Positions 63,443 to 64,000 of a stretch of 64,000 nt of DNA are shown here, piece after piece. How positions within the stretch are numbered: position 1 is the stretch's first letter; every line of letters begins with the position of its first letter. The notes beneath the pieces are model-generated. The model was not told where the DNA came from, searched no databases, and saw only the letters and a program-made list of their open reading frames with translations. The DNA is from Nostoc sp. (lineage in GTDB: Bacteria > Cyanobacteriota > Cyanobacteriia > Cyanobacteriales > Nostocaceae). Where the stretch lies: the NCBI GenBank assembly GCA_036918135.1, contig JBALDB010000025.1, forward strand, positions 1 through 64,000. The letters are read 5' to 3'. The translations under genes and the position numbers were made by a program.

Positions 63443-63832
63443 TTATGCCAAAGTTTCTGGACAGTAGCCTAAGCCTCGGACAAACTGTTGCCGGAAAGCC
63501 TCAATTTCATCTTTCTCTGGGCTACCATGAGAAACGATCGCTACCTGATAACGACGCATCACATCCACGGGGCACTGTCCCGCTTCCAAACTCCAAAGTG
63601 CCATTTGCACCCTCATTGGTGGCTCGTAGCTAATTCCTAATTCATTTAGAAAAGCGCGAAAGTCACCATCTTCTTGAGGGGAGACTTGACCTCTGAGTTT
63701 AATCCTAACCACCCAGCCATCAATTTGATGAATTACGGTGACGAACGAAACAGGTGTCTGGGGTCTGGCGTGCAGGTATTGAACGACCCTCAGAGTTAGA
63801 CTGGCATTAGCCAAATAATACAAGTATTCCAT
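63443..63832 (-). CDS. Hypothetical protein
   Basis: Clean 129-aa ORF with protein-like composition; family not recognised. Confidence 0.7.
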   Translation of the reverse strand: MEYLYYLANASLTLRVVQYLHARPQTPVSFVTVIHQIDGWVVRIKLRGQVSPQEDGDFRAFLNELGISYEPPMRVQMALWSLEAGQCPVDVMRRYQVAIVSHGSPEKDEIEAFRQQFVRGLGYCPETLA

Positions 63833-64000
63833 ATTTGTTGGTGCTTGGGATCAAAGCCAATCCTACATATCTATATTCGTAAATTTATGCCTGTTCTCGG
63901 TAGGGTAAAAGCCCCCGTTTTTAGATAGGGAGGTTTACCCAAATTTTATGTTGATTTTTGCGTGTTACCTAATAATATCTATCTTTTGGTCTAAAAATAA

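Overview
Window from a heterocystous, Nostoc-like cyanobacterium. Evidence: 3' end of psbA at position 1, frequent HIP1 GCGATCGC octamers, heptameric STRR repeats, a clpR-clpP pair and an NTRC-type reductase. Most of it is core genome (ileS, rluE, hemW, clpR/clpP, pyrG, amidase, PP2C and FHA kinase, dynamin-like plus KGK). Two accessory regions stand out. (1) 35.2-51.2 kb is a candidate type IV pilin glycosylation island: a HIP1-poor FabH/ACP/FabH/SDR/acyltransferase/Rieske cassette between two paralogous small TPR-like genes, then a VioA-like sugar aminotransferase and three GT41 (OGT-like) glycosyltransferases ending at pilA. The gene set parallels proteobacterial flagellin acyl-viosamine glycosylation islands, and GGGTA-type promoter-like motifs occur upstream of both the cassette and pilA. 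(2) 22.4-24.0 kb is an AT-rich three-gene operon (possible COMMD-like protein, unknown protein, HEPN protein) next to a 185-bp ISL3-like MITE with a perfect 8-bp target duplication. Also present: an APC permease with an in-frame stop, remnants of a PLP aminotransferase and a Uma2 gene, several MITE-like or palindromic elements, and repeat insertions inside coding sequences. All family assignments are by motif recognition; no database searches were run.
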